Positions 12,670 to 23,878 of a DNA stretch of 64,000 nucleotides are shown one piece after another. Under the pieces are notes generated by a model. The model saw only the letters and a program-made list of their open reading frames with translations. It ran no database searches and was not told the origin of the DNA. The translations under genes were made by a program, and so were the position numbers. This DNA comes from Selaginella moellendorffii (taxonomy: Eukaryota; Plantae; Lycopodiophyta), in contig NW_003314268.1 in NCBI RefSeq assembly GCF_000143415.4, positions 449,117 through 513,116 on the forward strand, in the 5' to 3' direction. Every line of letters begins with the position of its first letter. Within the stretch, counting starts at the first letter, position 1.

Positions 12670-13182
12670 TCAAGGAACCAAGATGCCTTTGACGAGGTAT
12701 ACACTTGCGAGCAAGAACGAGACGAGAATCCTGTAAGTTCCAGTTGTGGAGTATAAAAGGCGGAGTAGCTTGTCGATCACTTCCTGGAGGCATGATGAGA
12801 AACCGGGTGGCACCTTTGGAGTGCTCCCAAAGTTTGCGAACAGCAAATCATCGAGGAGGTCTATGATCCCGCGCAGGACGGCGATGAGACTTGGAGGACT
12901 GCCCGTGGTGCCCAAGCCAGCGTAGTCGATGAGTGGAGACAAGAAGGCTGAAGCTTGCGGGTATGTCTTGTTGCAATACTGGAGCTTTTGCTGGATCGTG
13001 ACAAAGTCTTTGGTGATGTTAGCAACTGCAAGCACAGCAAGAGAAAGATCGATTAGAACCACAGCGTTAAGCTTTTCCTTGAGATCAAATTACTAACAAG
13101 TTATAGAACTGTCTGCCGTGCAGCTTGAAACCAGAGAGATCATGACCAGCATTGCTAACACGGATGGCAGATTGCAAGCCAT
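12670..13182 (-). CDS. Orphan secreted/membrane-anchored small protein, copy 2 (146 aa; exons 13182-13098 and 13025-12670)
   Basis: MACNLPSVLAMLVMISLVSSCTADSSIT|FANITKDF...VKGILVP; same splice signals as copy 1. Confidence 0.7.
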
Positions 13183-13462
13183 TTTTTGATGAATAATCAC
13201 TAAGCACTATAAAATCTCACTAAGCACTACAAATGCAAAGATAACGAGGTGCCCTTTTATTTAGAGGCAGTGCCCAAAAAGTCCAACAGCTTACCGACCT
13301 TACCAAAATCAGATGCAAATCAGATAATTCACTCCTTTGATCTCAAGTTCAAGTCTTGTATATGTACGCGTACCGAACTATATTGTAAAGATCCTGTAAA
13401 TAAACCATTAGAGCTAGCTTTACCAAAAAACAAAATACCCGCTGGGAATTTTGAGTTGATCG

Positions 13463-15241
13463 TCACGGTGCAGAGTCCCAGCGCCAAATGCTGCCGTCTT
13501 CACAGCAGCACAGGATGGTGCTACAGCCAAAAGCAGAGAAACCATCAAGCGCCGAAAAATGATGAAAGAATGAGAAGAATTGGTACCTTCCATCCACAGA
13601 AGTTGCTGTTTGTCTTATGGGCGACTTGCACTGCGAATGTGAGAGCCTGCATGCAATGCACGTTTCTTCATTCAGCTCGAAAACAATAAGATCTTACTTT
13701 GCAACGAAGCCCGGAGGACTGGATTGGAGATCCCAAACAACAACCTTGCCTTCCCTGTTGCCTGTCACACAGATAAGAAAAGTAGAGTCGCGAGAAAGTT
13801 ATAAGATATCGCCTGCGGGCTTTTACCTATTGACATGGTACTGAAGTAAAAGTCACACGAGAATTTTATAAACCATATGTCCCAGTCTGGCACTGGGTAC
13901 TTCTGGATGACATCTACAGCACCCTGTTTACGAGATAATGATATTGCCCGTTCTAGAAAAATGAAAATAAACAAAATAGAGGCTCACGTCGTTGGAAGAA
14001 TGCTCTCTGAAGATTGGTTCCCACAAAACGATTTCATTATCCACACTCTGCGAATACAAAAATCATTTGTGGTAGAAGTTAAAATAAAGGACTTGCTTAA
14101 CCTTGGACAAGACAAAGTCGCCGAGCCACCTAGTACAATCCACGTAGTTTGAGTGTACAACTGCGTTAAAAATCTACAGCTTTTTATAAGTAGGATGAAC
14201 GTGGCTGCATACCGGAAATTGCACGTATTTGGTGGGAAAACGAGAGGATACGTCAGTCCAGGTTTTAGATTGCTCCACATATATCCAAAAATCTGGATGC
14301 ACAGAGCAAATCAATTTGGGGATGTGTCAAGCTTTTGAACGAACCTTTAAACGACCAGATCTTTATACTGTTGTCCATTCCACAGCTAGCTAGAAGAAAT
14401 GTATTGGATGGATGGAAGTCCTGTCGAAAAACATATGAAAATAAAAAAACAAAAAGGACTGCATTTACCACACTAAGTACTTCGTTCCGATGACCGCCAG
14501 CTCCACCAAATATTAAGATGCAGACACCTGTTTGTAGATTCCAAAGTCGTATAGATTCATCCTGGCAAGGTAAAACATGCTGATAGAAAACACAAGTGAT
14601 CACTCAATATTTTACCTTGCTTGCAGACGCTATCAAAAACGGGTTCTGACTCTGCGTCCTTAACTCATTGATAGAATCTCCATGCCCAACAAAGCTCTGA
14701 AACGCAGCTATGGATATCAGCAACTCAGCACGACCACCAAAACGTAAAAGCCGAACCTTCGACAATCTCTCCATTCCGCAGTCTATAACGCGTATAATCC
14801 CGTTGCTTCCGCTCGCAATGAGCAAAGGCAAGCCACTGAGATCGCAGGCCCAAGTAACTGTGTAAAACGATTCGTCTTTCTAGAGGAATGTGGGTCGATT
14901 GAAAGAATGGATTTACAGAAAAAACTTACATCCTCATCGACATAAGCCTGTAGCACGGCCACAGCACCTCCTTCCAAGCACTGATAGACTGTAATCTGGA
15001 AAAAACGACATTGGAGCTAACAAGATTGGATAACGAGAACTTCGCTTACTCTGTTTCCACCGGCGGAAGCAAAGGTATTGTGATATCTCATATCCAAGAA
15101 ATTAAACGCGATGGCATAGAGTGGTCGCTTGCCTTCCTGGAGTCGATTCGTGAGCTTATACTCGCGCTTCTTCTTGCTCGCAGTGGCAACACCCACAACG
15201 GGAGCCAATCCCAGTCCTGCTCCAGGTCCTACCGCCTTCAT
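13463..15241 (-). CDS. FIE: Polycomb PRC2 WD40 subunit FIE/EED/ESC, 13 exons, reading frame intact
   Basis: [86 protein letters not shown]; all introns GT-AG. Confidence 0.95.
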
Positions 15242-15307
15242 CCTGGCACGAGTAACGAAGAAAACCCTCAAGAACCCTAAAATCTCGCGAAAGAAAGAAC
15301 GAGAAGA

Positions 15308-17335
15308 TCACTGCGACTCACCTGACGCGCCCTCGGCATAGATGTTGGACAGCAGCTGATACGTCGCGCGGCTCTCCGGCTCCTCCGCCGCGATCTTGCG
15401 AGCGATCGCCGATCCCGTCTGGCGATCGCCGTGGATCCGGCAAGCGCTGAGGATCGTCGTCAGCGTCGCGGAATGTGGCCGGAATGGCATCGAATCGATC
15501 ACTCCCGCCGCCTCCGAAATATGCCCCGATCTCGAGAGGAGATCCACGATCCCGACCAGCGGCTGATCGCTGCGCGCCGCGATGCCGTAATCTTCCATCT
15601 GTGACGCGAAGAAGAACAAGCCCTGATTGACGAGGCCGGAGTGCGTACACGCCGAGACGATGCTCGTGAATGTGATCTCGTTAGGGATAATCCCCTCGAG
15701 CTCCATCTCCATGAAGGTCGCCACTGCCATGTTACCATAGCCGTTTTGGGCATATGCCTCCACCATGGCAGTCCACGTCACGATGTCGCCAGCGTGGCGG
15801 ATATTCTTAAAGATGCTTCTTGCTTTGCTGAAATTTCCGCCCTTTCCATACATGTTGATGAGCGCGTTCTTGACGCGGCGATCGTGCTCTAGGGTTTGCA
15901 GATCGGCTATGCTGGAATGGATGAATCGATCGTGCGCGAGGGATGGGGTGTTGGCGCAAGCGTCTAGGAGAGTGATCAAGGTGATCGCGTTTGGCGCGAC
16001 GCCGTCGAGATCCATGGCACGGAAGATCTGCATCGCCTCTCTTCCCTGGCGATTGCGAGCGTAAGCCGAGATGATCGAATTCCAGGCGCCGACCTTGCAG
16101 CAGTACGGCAGGATCGCGTCAAAGGCCGCCCTGGCAAGCTCGATGTGGTCGCATCGAGCGTACATATCGATCAGAGCGCTGGCGATGGCGAAATTGGAGG
16201 ACGAGGCTGCGCAGCACTCCTGGTGGAGTAATCTCCCAGTTGCGAGATCTCCCAGGCTGCCGCAGGAAACGATTGCGCTCACAAACGTGATCTCGTCCGG
16301 GAAGACTCCGTGGAGATCCATCGTCCTGAATAGCCCCAATGCCCGCTCAAAGCACCTGTTCTGTGCGAATGCCGCAACCATGCCTGTCCAAGAGACGATA
16401 TTTCTTTGTTCCATCGCGTCGAAAATTTCCATCGATCTCTCCACGCTGCCGCATTTGCCAAACATATTCACTGCCGCATTGCCGATTCTAACATCCTGCG
16501 AGGGATTCCACTGCCAAGAACCAGAAGAATACACCGATTCGGCCATTGCCAGGGATCCAAGACTCGCGCAAGCGTCGAGAACAGTGATCAAAGCCACGGC
16601 GTCCGGCTTCAATCCTTCCTGGATCATCGATCGAAACACCCCCACCGCATCTGAAAATTCCGCGTTCTCGGCAAGCGCTGCGATCATCGATGTCCAGCAC
16701 ACCACATTCCTCTTGGGAAGAGCAACAAACGCCGATCTAGCTCGCTCGATCGATCCACACTTGCCATACATCGTCACTAGCGCGGCGCCTACTGCCGCGT
16801 TCTTGACAAGCCCTAGCTCGCAAGCTCGAGACTCATGAAGGCACTGCCCCAAGGTGAGCCATCCAACGGCGCCGCACGACTCCAGGGCGACAAGGACCGT
16901 CACATCCGACGGCGGGACGCCCTCCAGATCCATAACCGCCAGGAGATGTAGAGCGTCCATCTGGCGGCCATTCTCCGCGTAGAACGCCATTATGGAATTC
17001 CAGCACACGACATTCCGTTCCGGAATGTGGTCGAACACTTTCCGGGCATCATCAAGATGCCCGTTCTGGGCATATGCCGCGAGCATCAAAGACCACGAGA
17101 AGACGTTCTTCCGTACGATGGAGTCGAAGGCGGCCCTGGCCGAGTCCACGTCCTGGCACCTGCCGTACATTTGGACGAGGAGATTTCCCAGGAACGTATC
17201 GCAGCTGTGGCCGAATTTTTCGATATGAGCGTGAAGAAGTTTGCCTTGCTCTAAAGTCTTTGTTTGCCGCAAGAGTGAGGCATAGGAGGAGAACTTCACG
17301 GGAGCGTCTGGAAGATCCAAGCTCAAGCAATCCAT
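15308..17335 (-). CDS. PLS-class pentatricopeptide repeat protein with a truncated E domain and no DYW
   Basis: Intronless 675-aa ORF; P-L-S motifs (NALINMYGK, RNVVCWTSMI, PDEITFVS); ends MPFRP...ACRIHGD...ATYQLLSNIY. Confidence 0.93.
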   Translation of the reverse strand: MDCLSLDLPDAPVKFSSYASLLRQTKTLEQGKLLHAHIEKFGHSCDTFLGNLLVQMYGRCQDVDSARAAFDSIVRKNVFSWSLMLAAYAQNGHLDDARKVFDHIPERNVVCWNSIMAFYAENGRQMDALHLLAVMDLEGVPPSDVTVLVALESCGAVGWLTLGQCLHESRACELGLVKNAAVGAALVTMYGKCGSIERARSAFVALPKRNVVCWTSMIAALAENAEFSDAVGVFRSMIQEGLKPDAVALITVLDACASLGSLAMAESVYSSGSWQWNPSQDVRIGNAAVNMFGKCGSVERSMEIFDAMEQRNIVSWTGMVAAFAQNRCFERALGLFRTMDLHGVFPDEITFVSAIVSCGSLGDLATGRLLHQECCAASSSNFAIASALIDMYARCDHIELARAAFDAILPYCCKVGAWNSIISAYARNRQGREAMQIFRAMDLDGVAPNAITLITLLDACANTPSLAHDRFIHSSIADLQTLEHDRRVKNALINMYGKGGNFSKARSIFKNIRHAGDIVTWTAMVEAYAQNGYGNMAVATFMEMELEGIIPNEITFTSIVSACTHSGLVNQGLFFFASQMEDYGIAARSDQPLVGIVDLLSRSGHISEAAGVIDSMPFRPHSATLTTILSACRIHGDRQTGSAIARKIAAEEPESRATYQLLSNIYAEGASGESQ

Positions 17336-17475
17336 ACAGCGGAAACAAGCTTAAAAAGAGGCCATCGATCACTTACTCGAAGTAAGCGCGATCAAATTGG
17401 AAGCACTGGATCTGGGAAAACATTTAGTGAAGTGGAACTGGTTTGAGAAGATGGCTTACCAGAGAGAAAGAAGTG

Positions 17476-19692
17476 TTACGTCCAGTCTTTCATCACCAGC
17501 ATCATGTAGAGAGAAAAGTTCACTGTGGCGAGAACCGTCAATGGCCCGACCATTTGGACGAGTCTTCGCCGAAATCTATTCCTGCTGCTCGGAGAAAGAT
17601 TGCTGCTTGTATCAGTGTCGGTAACTTCGTCCGGGACGGTGGAGGCCTTCGACTTTGCTGTTGCTCGTTGGATGACGTTTCCTCTGTAGAAAAATCCTTG
17701 TTAGAAGATTGATAAAAAGTAGCGCAAGGCTAACCTTCGCTCGGAGCCTTGAGATGAAGAGACGCTAGTTTGTGGGAGGCTTTTCTTTACGAGATGCATG
17801 CCACCTTCCGCGTCCCAGAGCATCTCCCACTCTGCGTCTTCGTCCTTGGCTTTGACACCTTCAGAGCCGGCCTTGAGTGCGTCGTAGAGGCTACGAAATG
17901 ACTGCCACAAATCTATTCCCTGGCTGGGCCAGAAGAACAGAGCGAGTACAGATATCACGAACAGGACACCATACCTGTGAAGCAACAAAGTTACCATGTA
18001 ACGAAGAGAAAAAAGAAAAGAAAAGAAATACTTTCATACCATGCATAGTTGAAATCTTGAGCCGGAAGGAAACAAAGGCTCTCCGAGATGATTGTGTCTG
18101 TCATTGCCGATGAGCTTCGAGGCACAGAAAGCATCATGAAGGAGGGATATATATTTCCTTGTTGCCAGCTGAACGTTCCCACTGTGTACTGCGAAGGTCA
18201 CAAATTACAGAAGCTTGTCTAGTGAAATCTGATCTTACCTCTGGATAAAACCCTTCGGGAGTGGCATGAACAATCTTGCACTGGTCATGGTCATGACCCG
18301 AGAACACCATAACCTGAGAAGAACACGAGTTTCTTTGCAAACTAAATCAAATGTAATACACAAGCGTACAGGTTTCGTCAAGTTGAGGAGCTTCTGACTC
18401 GTTCCATCCGTCAAGTAGTTTTGATATCTGTGAAACAGTAAATGAGTTGAGTTGCAGTCACTGTGGAGGAACATCTTACGTTACCCTTCCGGGTGACCAG
18501 TTCGTCCTTCTCAGTCTCTAGCCAATCAACAGTGAGAACACCTTAGAAATCGCCTAAGAGAAGCTTACCTGATTAATAACGTCGGACGCTCGATCGGATC
18601 CGCAGGGTGTGTTGTCTGGTCTAAACAATGGTATATGTGTCATCAGAACCATAGGCCTAGCTGCACGGTCTGTGGAATAGAAAAAATCAAAACAAAAATC
18701 AACCATGAACAGCATTGCTTTACCCGAGCTTGCGACTTTCTCAACAAAACTCCAAGAAGCATTTGTGAAAGGGTCCGCTCTTGAACCTGTGAACAAGAGC
18801 GTTTGGACTGTAAGAACACAAAGAGAAAACTGGCTCCAACGCGTACCATCAAGAGCTTGCGAGTTCACAAACACGAAGTCCAAGCTACCAATGTTGTGAA
18901 TGAAATCGGTTTCACCGAACTTCTTCTGGTACCTCTGTGCTATCTGCGAAAAAGTCCATAGTTTCGAGCCAAAGAAAAACAGAAAACAGAGAGAAGGAAA
19001 CGATACCTGTGGTTTCTGAGAGAACACCTCATGATATCCCAAGTCGTGGTTTCCACACAAATAATACGTGGGAATTTTCTTCCTCGACTTCAAACCTCTT
19101 TGGGTCTGATCAAAGATATGCTCGAAACGTTTCCAAGACTCCTCCCACCTGTGGAAGAGCTGTTCTTATAGAGCTAGAATTTATAAGCTAGAAGAAATTC
19201 TTACTCGTCATCCGCGAGGTAAGGTCCTCCATCGAAGTAATCTCCCAAGAAAAGGATCTCATCTGGTTCTAGACCGAGCACAGACGATCGAAATGCCCGT
19301 CTCATGTAGATATCGGAGTAGAACTGGATGATCTTCAGCAGGAGCGAGCGAGGATCCATTCCATACGATGTCCTGTCGGTCAGCTATCGATCGATGTGTC
19401 AGGAGAGGCAAATATTTCGGGGAATTTGCCAAGAACACGAACCTGTGGATCGGCAATGAGGACGATTCTCAGCGGCCTCTCTCCCGGCGGTAATTTCGTG
19501 CTCGCAAATTTCTGCCAGAAAGAATTTGCGTGAGAGAATTGAAAATTCCTGGAGGAAACGTGCGAATGCCTGCTCTAGATTCGGCCAGGAGCAGCTCCAC
19601 CGGGGGATCCAAAACGCGAGGAGCTCGCCGTAGAGCAAAGACGCGATCCAGAGGCCTCCCAAGAACACCGTGAGCGTCCATAGCGACCGCAT
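17476..19692 (-). CDS. Calcineurin-like metallophosphoesterase, Cdc1/MPPE1 family, membrane anchored, multi-exon
   Basis: N-terminal TM segment, ADPQ, LGDYFD, GNHD, THIPL, FSGHDH, GTFSWQQG, WDAEGGMHL, C-terminal VNFSLYMMLVMKDWT*; intron 1 (19512-19569) is GC-AG. Confidence 0.9.
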
Positions 19693-19758
19693 TTTCCCCT
19701 AAAACATTTGTTTTGTTTAGGGCTCTACCAAAACTGGGTAGGGTTCTAGGAGGAGAGA

Positions 19759-20532
19759 ATGAGAACGGCGACGATCGCCCTCTGGCGAGCTTCCAGCTCG
19801 ATTCACAGAGGTATGCAGCGGGCGGCGAGCGTCCCGCAATCACAGCCGGCGGCATTGCTCCATTGCCGGAAGATCAGCGAGGAGGCGCGGAAATATCGTG
19901 TGCCGACGCCAATGGCGGGCTGGGCGCGCGGATTTCCTCTTCCCAAGGGCGTCGAGCCTTCGTCCCGGGACTGGCGGAGGAAATCTGTGAAGGTAAAGAA
20001 GAATCGCAGATCTTTCTGTCCCTACACGATCAAAGCCAGGCGCGTGTACAGCAGGGTGAGATTTGAAGCTCAGGAGAGGCGGCTCAAAAGGGCTGCCGAT
20101 CGCGAGGCTGCTGCCGCCGCTGCTGCTGCTGGAAACAAAGATGGAGGAGAGGATGCGCCCCGGATGGATCGAAGCCACAGCGAGCAGCATTTCTCCAGTA
20201 GAGCTGCTCCGGGCTTGGATTTCTACTCGAGGTTTGTCAAGCCCAGCGGACGTAACGAGCTTGTGCCGGCGGCAGTGGCACCACCCAACTTTCCTGCCTA
20301 TTGCAAGCCGGTGGTGAAGAAGATCGATTCATGGAGAGCTCCGTGGACGCGGCCATTCAAGAAACCCAGGCAGGATTATCAAGTTGGAAGGCCGAGGCCA
20401 CTGCCAAAAGCCGCTGCTCGAGCCGTGAGAAGCGATCGAGAGGTTGCGAAGGTGAAGGGCCGCGAGAAGAAACTCAAGAGGCTTGCTAGAGGAAAGATCG
20501 TCAATCCCAAGCAAAGGATGGAGTACACTTGA
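19759..20532 (+). CDS. Hypothetical Arg/Lys-rich protein with a mitochondrial-transit-like N-terminus
   Basis: Intronless 257-aa ORF head-to-head with the phosphoesterase, telo-box-like TTTAGGG/TAGGGTT upstream; no family recognised. Confidence 0.6.
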   Translation: MRTATIALWRASSSIHRGMQRAASVPQSQPAALLHCRKISEEARKYRVPTPMAGWARGFPLPKGVEPSSRDWRRKSVKVKKNRRSFCPYTIKARRVYSRVRFEAQERRLKRAADREAAAAAAAAGNKDGGEDAPRMDRSHSEQHFSSRAAPGLDFYSRFVKPSGRNELVPAAVAPPNFPAYCKPVVKKIDSWRAPWTRPFKKPRQDYQVGRPRPLPKAAARAVRSDREVAKVKGREKKLKRLARGKIVNPKQRMEYT

Positions 20533-20610
20533 GAGAGGTAAGGTGGGACTTTCTCTTTTTCGTTTCATAGTGATAACTCTAAATTCTCGCAGATGGTGAT
20601 GAAGATGGAT

Positions 20611-21100
20611 TCAATTGTAGTAGTTATCGTAGTCGCAGTTAAACAAGATCTCATCATCGGCATCCACTCCGAGGCAGTCTGAGAGATCAATCGACGCCGG
20701 CTTTCCGCCACAAACAACAGAGATCTCTGTTCCTTGGATCGTGAGTGTCGAAGTCTGGCAGCTTGTTACAAAGTTGTGGCTGGCATCCCCGCACTGGAGC
20801 TCGTTGTTCTCGTACTGCAAGAGAACCTGGAGGTGGTAGCGGTCACTAAACCAGTTGCCGTGCGCGCGGCAAGTCACGTAGAGGTAATCTTCGCTGCTGT
20901 CGTAGTGGATATCCCGGCACTCGGTACTGTTGAAAGTTTTGACATCGCAGTTCTGCAAGCCACAGAGACGAGACAAGACGTCAAGAAGTGATGCGGTGAT
21001 TATCAAGCATCAAACTTACAGCGCTAACTTGTTGGAGCACAGCTGCTGTCACGACGAAGGCCAGGATCGAAGTTTTCAAGGAGCCCAAGAACAAAGCCAT
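20611..21100 (-). CDS. Secreted cyanovirin-N homolog (CVNH lectin), exons 21100-21020 and 20952-20611
   Basis: Signal peptide MALFLGSLKTSILAFVVTAAVLQQVSA, then two repeats FNSTECRDI...LYVTC...W...L...L...NNEL and NFVTSCQ...ISVVC...SIDLSDCLG. Confidence 0.8.
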
Positions 21101-21244
21101 CCTCTCGAGCTCGAAAGGTTTGCTGCTCTTGGTTTTTTATCCCTGGCCTCATTCTCTTTACGTGCGTCTTGAAGCAGGAAGACTGTGCGTTATAAAAGAA
21201 TGCTAGAAACTCCGAAAAGAAGTTACTTGCCACTCGCGAAAATG

Positions 21245-23754
21245 CTACAGCCACATCTCGTCGGCCGCGTTCTCAGAGGCAGCGTACATGTTGTCGGAGC
21301 CAGCGATTTTCACGTCCAGGATCAGGTGAACTTTAGCTCCAAACCGCGCTGACAGTTCCTCGTTTGCAGCCATTCCGATTTTCCTGGAAGAACACGCTCG
21401 CGAGCTCTTTAGCCTGTGGAAATTAGCATCGTCCGAAGTTACCTGATGAGACCTCCATTCTTGCCAATGAGAATCTTCTTTTGAGAGTCTGTAGGCACGA
21501 TTATCTGCTGCTCGATGCGGATGGAGCGGTCTTTTAAGATTTTCCACGAGACGTGCTTGTGGTGAAGATGATACGGTATTTCCTGGAAACAAATAAAGCG
21601 ATCAAATAAATTCTTCTCGAGAATTTGCAAGAGTTTGCAAGTGTTACCTGGTGTACATTGTCAAGGACGTGCTCCCACACAACTTCTTTCGCCACTGCGA
21701 TGGGACTCATGTCCGTCACGACACCCTTTTCTTCTTCCCAAGGCCTTGGTACTGCCTAGAACGAAGAAACAAAACGTATGAGCAAAACCAAAAGCGGAAA
21801 AAAGAGAAAAGAAAAGAAGCTCACTTTCTCTAAAAGGTACTCTTTTAAGTGTCTCACGCCGCTTCCTCTCAAGCCGGAGATCATGAAGACCCTGTGAGTT
21901 GAAACGTTGAAGAGATGGAAGTGACGAATTTTTTTGATACCTGTCGTATCCAGGGAGCGAGCCAAACTCCTGCGCCAGCGGCACTAACTCCCGCTTTTGG
22001 CGAATCAAGTCGACTTTGTTCAAGCACAAGATCCTCTTTTGCTTTGGATCCTTCTTCTCTCCTAGCTTCTCGATCAGTTTTCTCACTCTCTGGTCGGGGC
22101 TATCAAGCGAAGAACCACGTTTGAGTTGCTTCGAGGAAATGTATACGTCCTTACCGTTCTATTTGGCGATGAGCGTCCACCAGCACGATGAGAACTTCGC
22201 AGTGGCCAGTGACCATCCAGGCGCTTTGGACTCGGCTTTTCACGTCTCGTCTTACGGCCTGACCCTTCCAGCGCATCATCAAACCCGGAGTGTCGTAGAA
22301 AAGCTGCAACCGCCGAAGATAAGCTCCATATTCCTCAAGAAAAAGCATCAAAAGCTTACAACTTGCGTATCGTTCTCTGTTAAAACTCCGAGGATCTCGT
22401 TTCGTGTTGTGTTTGTCTTTCGAGAGACTGCCGACACCTTGGTTCCAACCTGGATTTGGATGGGAAGTGAAGAAAACATACGAAGAAGAAAGATAGAATC
22501 GCTTACCATGAAGTTTAAGAGTGAAGACTTCCCAGCGTTGGGAGCTCCAATTATCCCGACTCTCACGGACATTTGCTCGTCCAGTGACACAGATCCGATA
22601 TCAGCCGAGCGATCGTCGATGGCTGCCAGTAGTGCCTTCGCTTGAGTCGCTCCAGAGACTTTCTCATCACCTTGAGCGGACGAAGACGTTGTGGCCGTGT
22701 TCAAATCCTCAATCATCTTCTCACGTTCCAAGCTAGCCCGCTGGTCATCTTCGTCCGAGACTTTCTCATCACCTTGAGCGGACGAAGACGTTGTGGCTGT
22801 GTTAAACTCCTCAATCATCTTTTCACTTTCCCAGCTAGCTGTCTGATCATCACCTCCCTTGATCACGATTTCCTCAAATGATTTGAAGTCTTCATCGTCT
22901 TCTTCCGAGCTTTCGAATTCGTTGCTCTCCATGAAGCTGTTTAGTATAGCAGTGCTCTCCGGAATCTCTTCTTCTCCTGTAGCGACAGTCCCACTTTCTT
23001 CTTGTGGGACGAGGCCTTTGTCAACCAAAGCTCTCTCAACTCTGTCCCGGTAAGAAGTCTTCCATCCTTCCACCTTCGCAGGAGGAAGATCAAGAGGCTC
23101 CACTACTCCGTCAACTTCCCTCTGGAGAGACTTCAAGGATTTTATCGCAGCTTCGATCAATTCTGTGCCTTGGCTCTTGGGCTTTGCCACAGGAACACTA
23201 CCTTTCTTCTTTTTCTTCTTGAGTTTTTTCCCCGGCTCAAACTCTTCGTCGTCTTCTTCTTCTTCTTCCTCCTCTGTGTCAATGCTGGACGATTTTTCTT
23301 TGGCCTTTACGTTTGAGCTTCTCGAATCTTTGCTCTTGGTGACCTCCTGAGACTTCTTCGTCTTCTTCTTCAAATTCTCCCTTTCTTTCTCCAAATCCTC
23401 CGCTTTCTTCCTCGCGATCTTCGCATTTTCGATCCTCTCTCGTTCTGCCTTGCCCAGCAAAAGACCCGATCCATCTCTGAGAGGAAGTCTAAACTTATCC
23501 TTTCCCCAATCCACGAACTTCCTCCCATCGATCTCTCCCCTCTTATACTTCTTCTCTACTTCCCCTCTCTTCTTCAGCTGCTGCTCAGCAAACCTGGCCC
23601 TCGCGAGCTCCCTGACCCGCCGCCGCCGCTCCTCCAGCACCGGATTCTCGCGCTCGCTGTCCGACGCTCGCGATCCCAAGCTCCGCACGCCAATGCCCGT
23701 GAGAATCCTGCTGCCACTACCTCGGAGCGCGATCAAGCCTCGCCTCTCTAGCAT
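21245..23754 (-). CDS. ERA: Era-family GTPase (organellar ERG-like) with a very long charged N-terminal extension and a KH domain
   Basis: GAPNAGKS, VSRKTNTTR, DTPG, NKVD, ISG, HQEIPY, ILIGKNG. Confidence 0.9.
22656..22839. repeat. 102-bp-period in-frame direct repeat inside the Era N-terminal extension
   Basis: ASWESEKMIEEFNTATTSSSAQGDEKVS and ASLEREKMIEDLNTATTSSSAQGDEKVS. Confidence 0.9.
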
Positions 23755-23878
23755 CTGAAAATGCCAGTATCAAGAACCCTAAGATTTAGGGTTTAACCCC
23801 TTTGCTGGCGTAAGCAAGAGTTTTACACTGTTCTTCCGGCTCTTTCATTGTTCTTCCAGCAAAGAACACGACATAAAT

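Noticed and set aside
13086-13097. In-frame TAG TAA after the orphan signal peptide, suggesting a pseudogene or readthrough
   Set aside because: Falls inside a canonical phase-1 intron (gttagt...ttgcag) in both copies
16071-16838. 255-aa plus-strand ORF
   Set aside because: Antisense shadow of the GC-rich PPR gene
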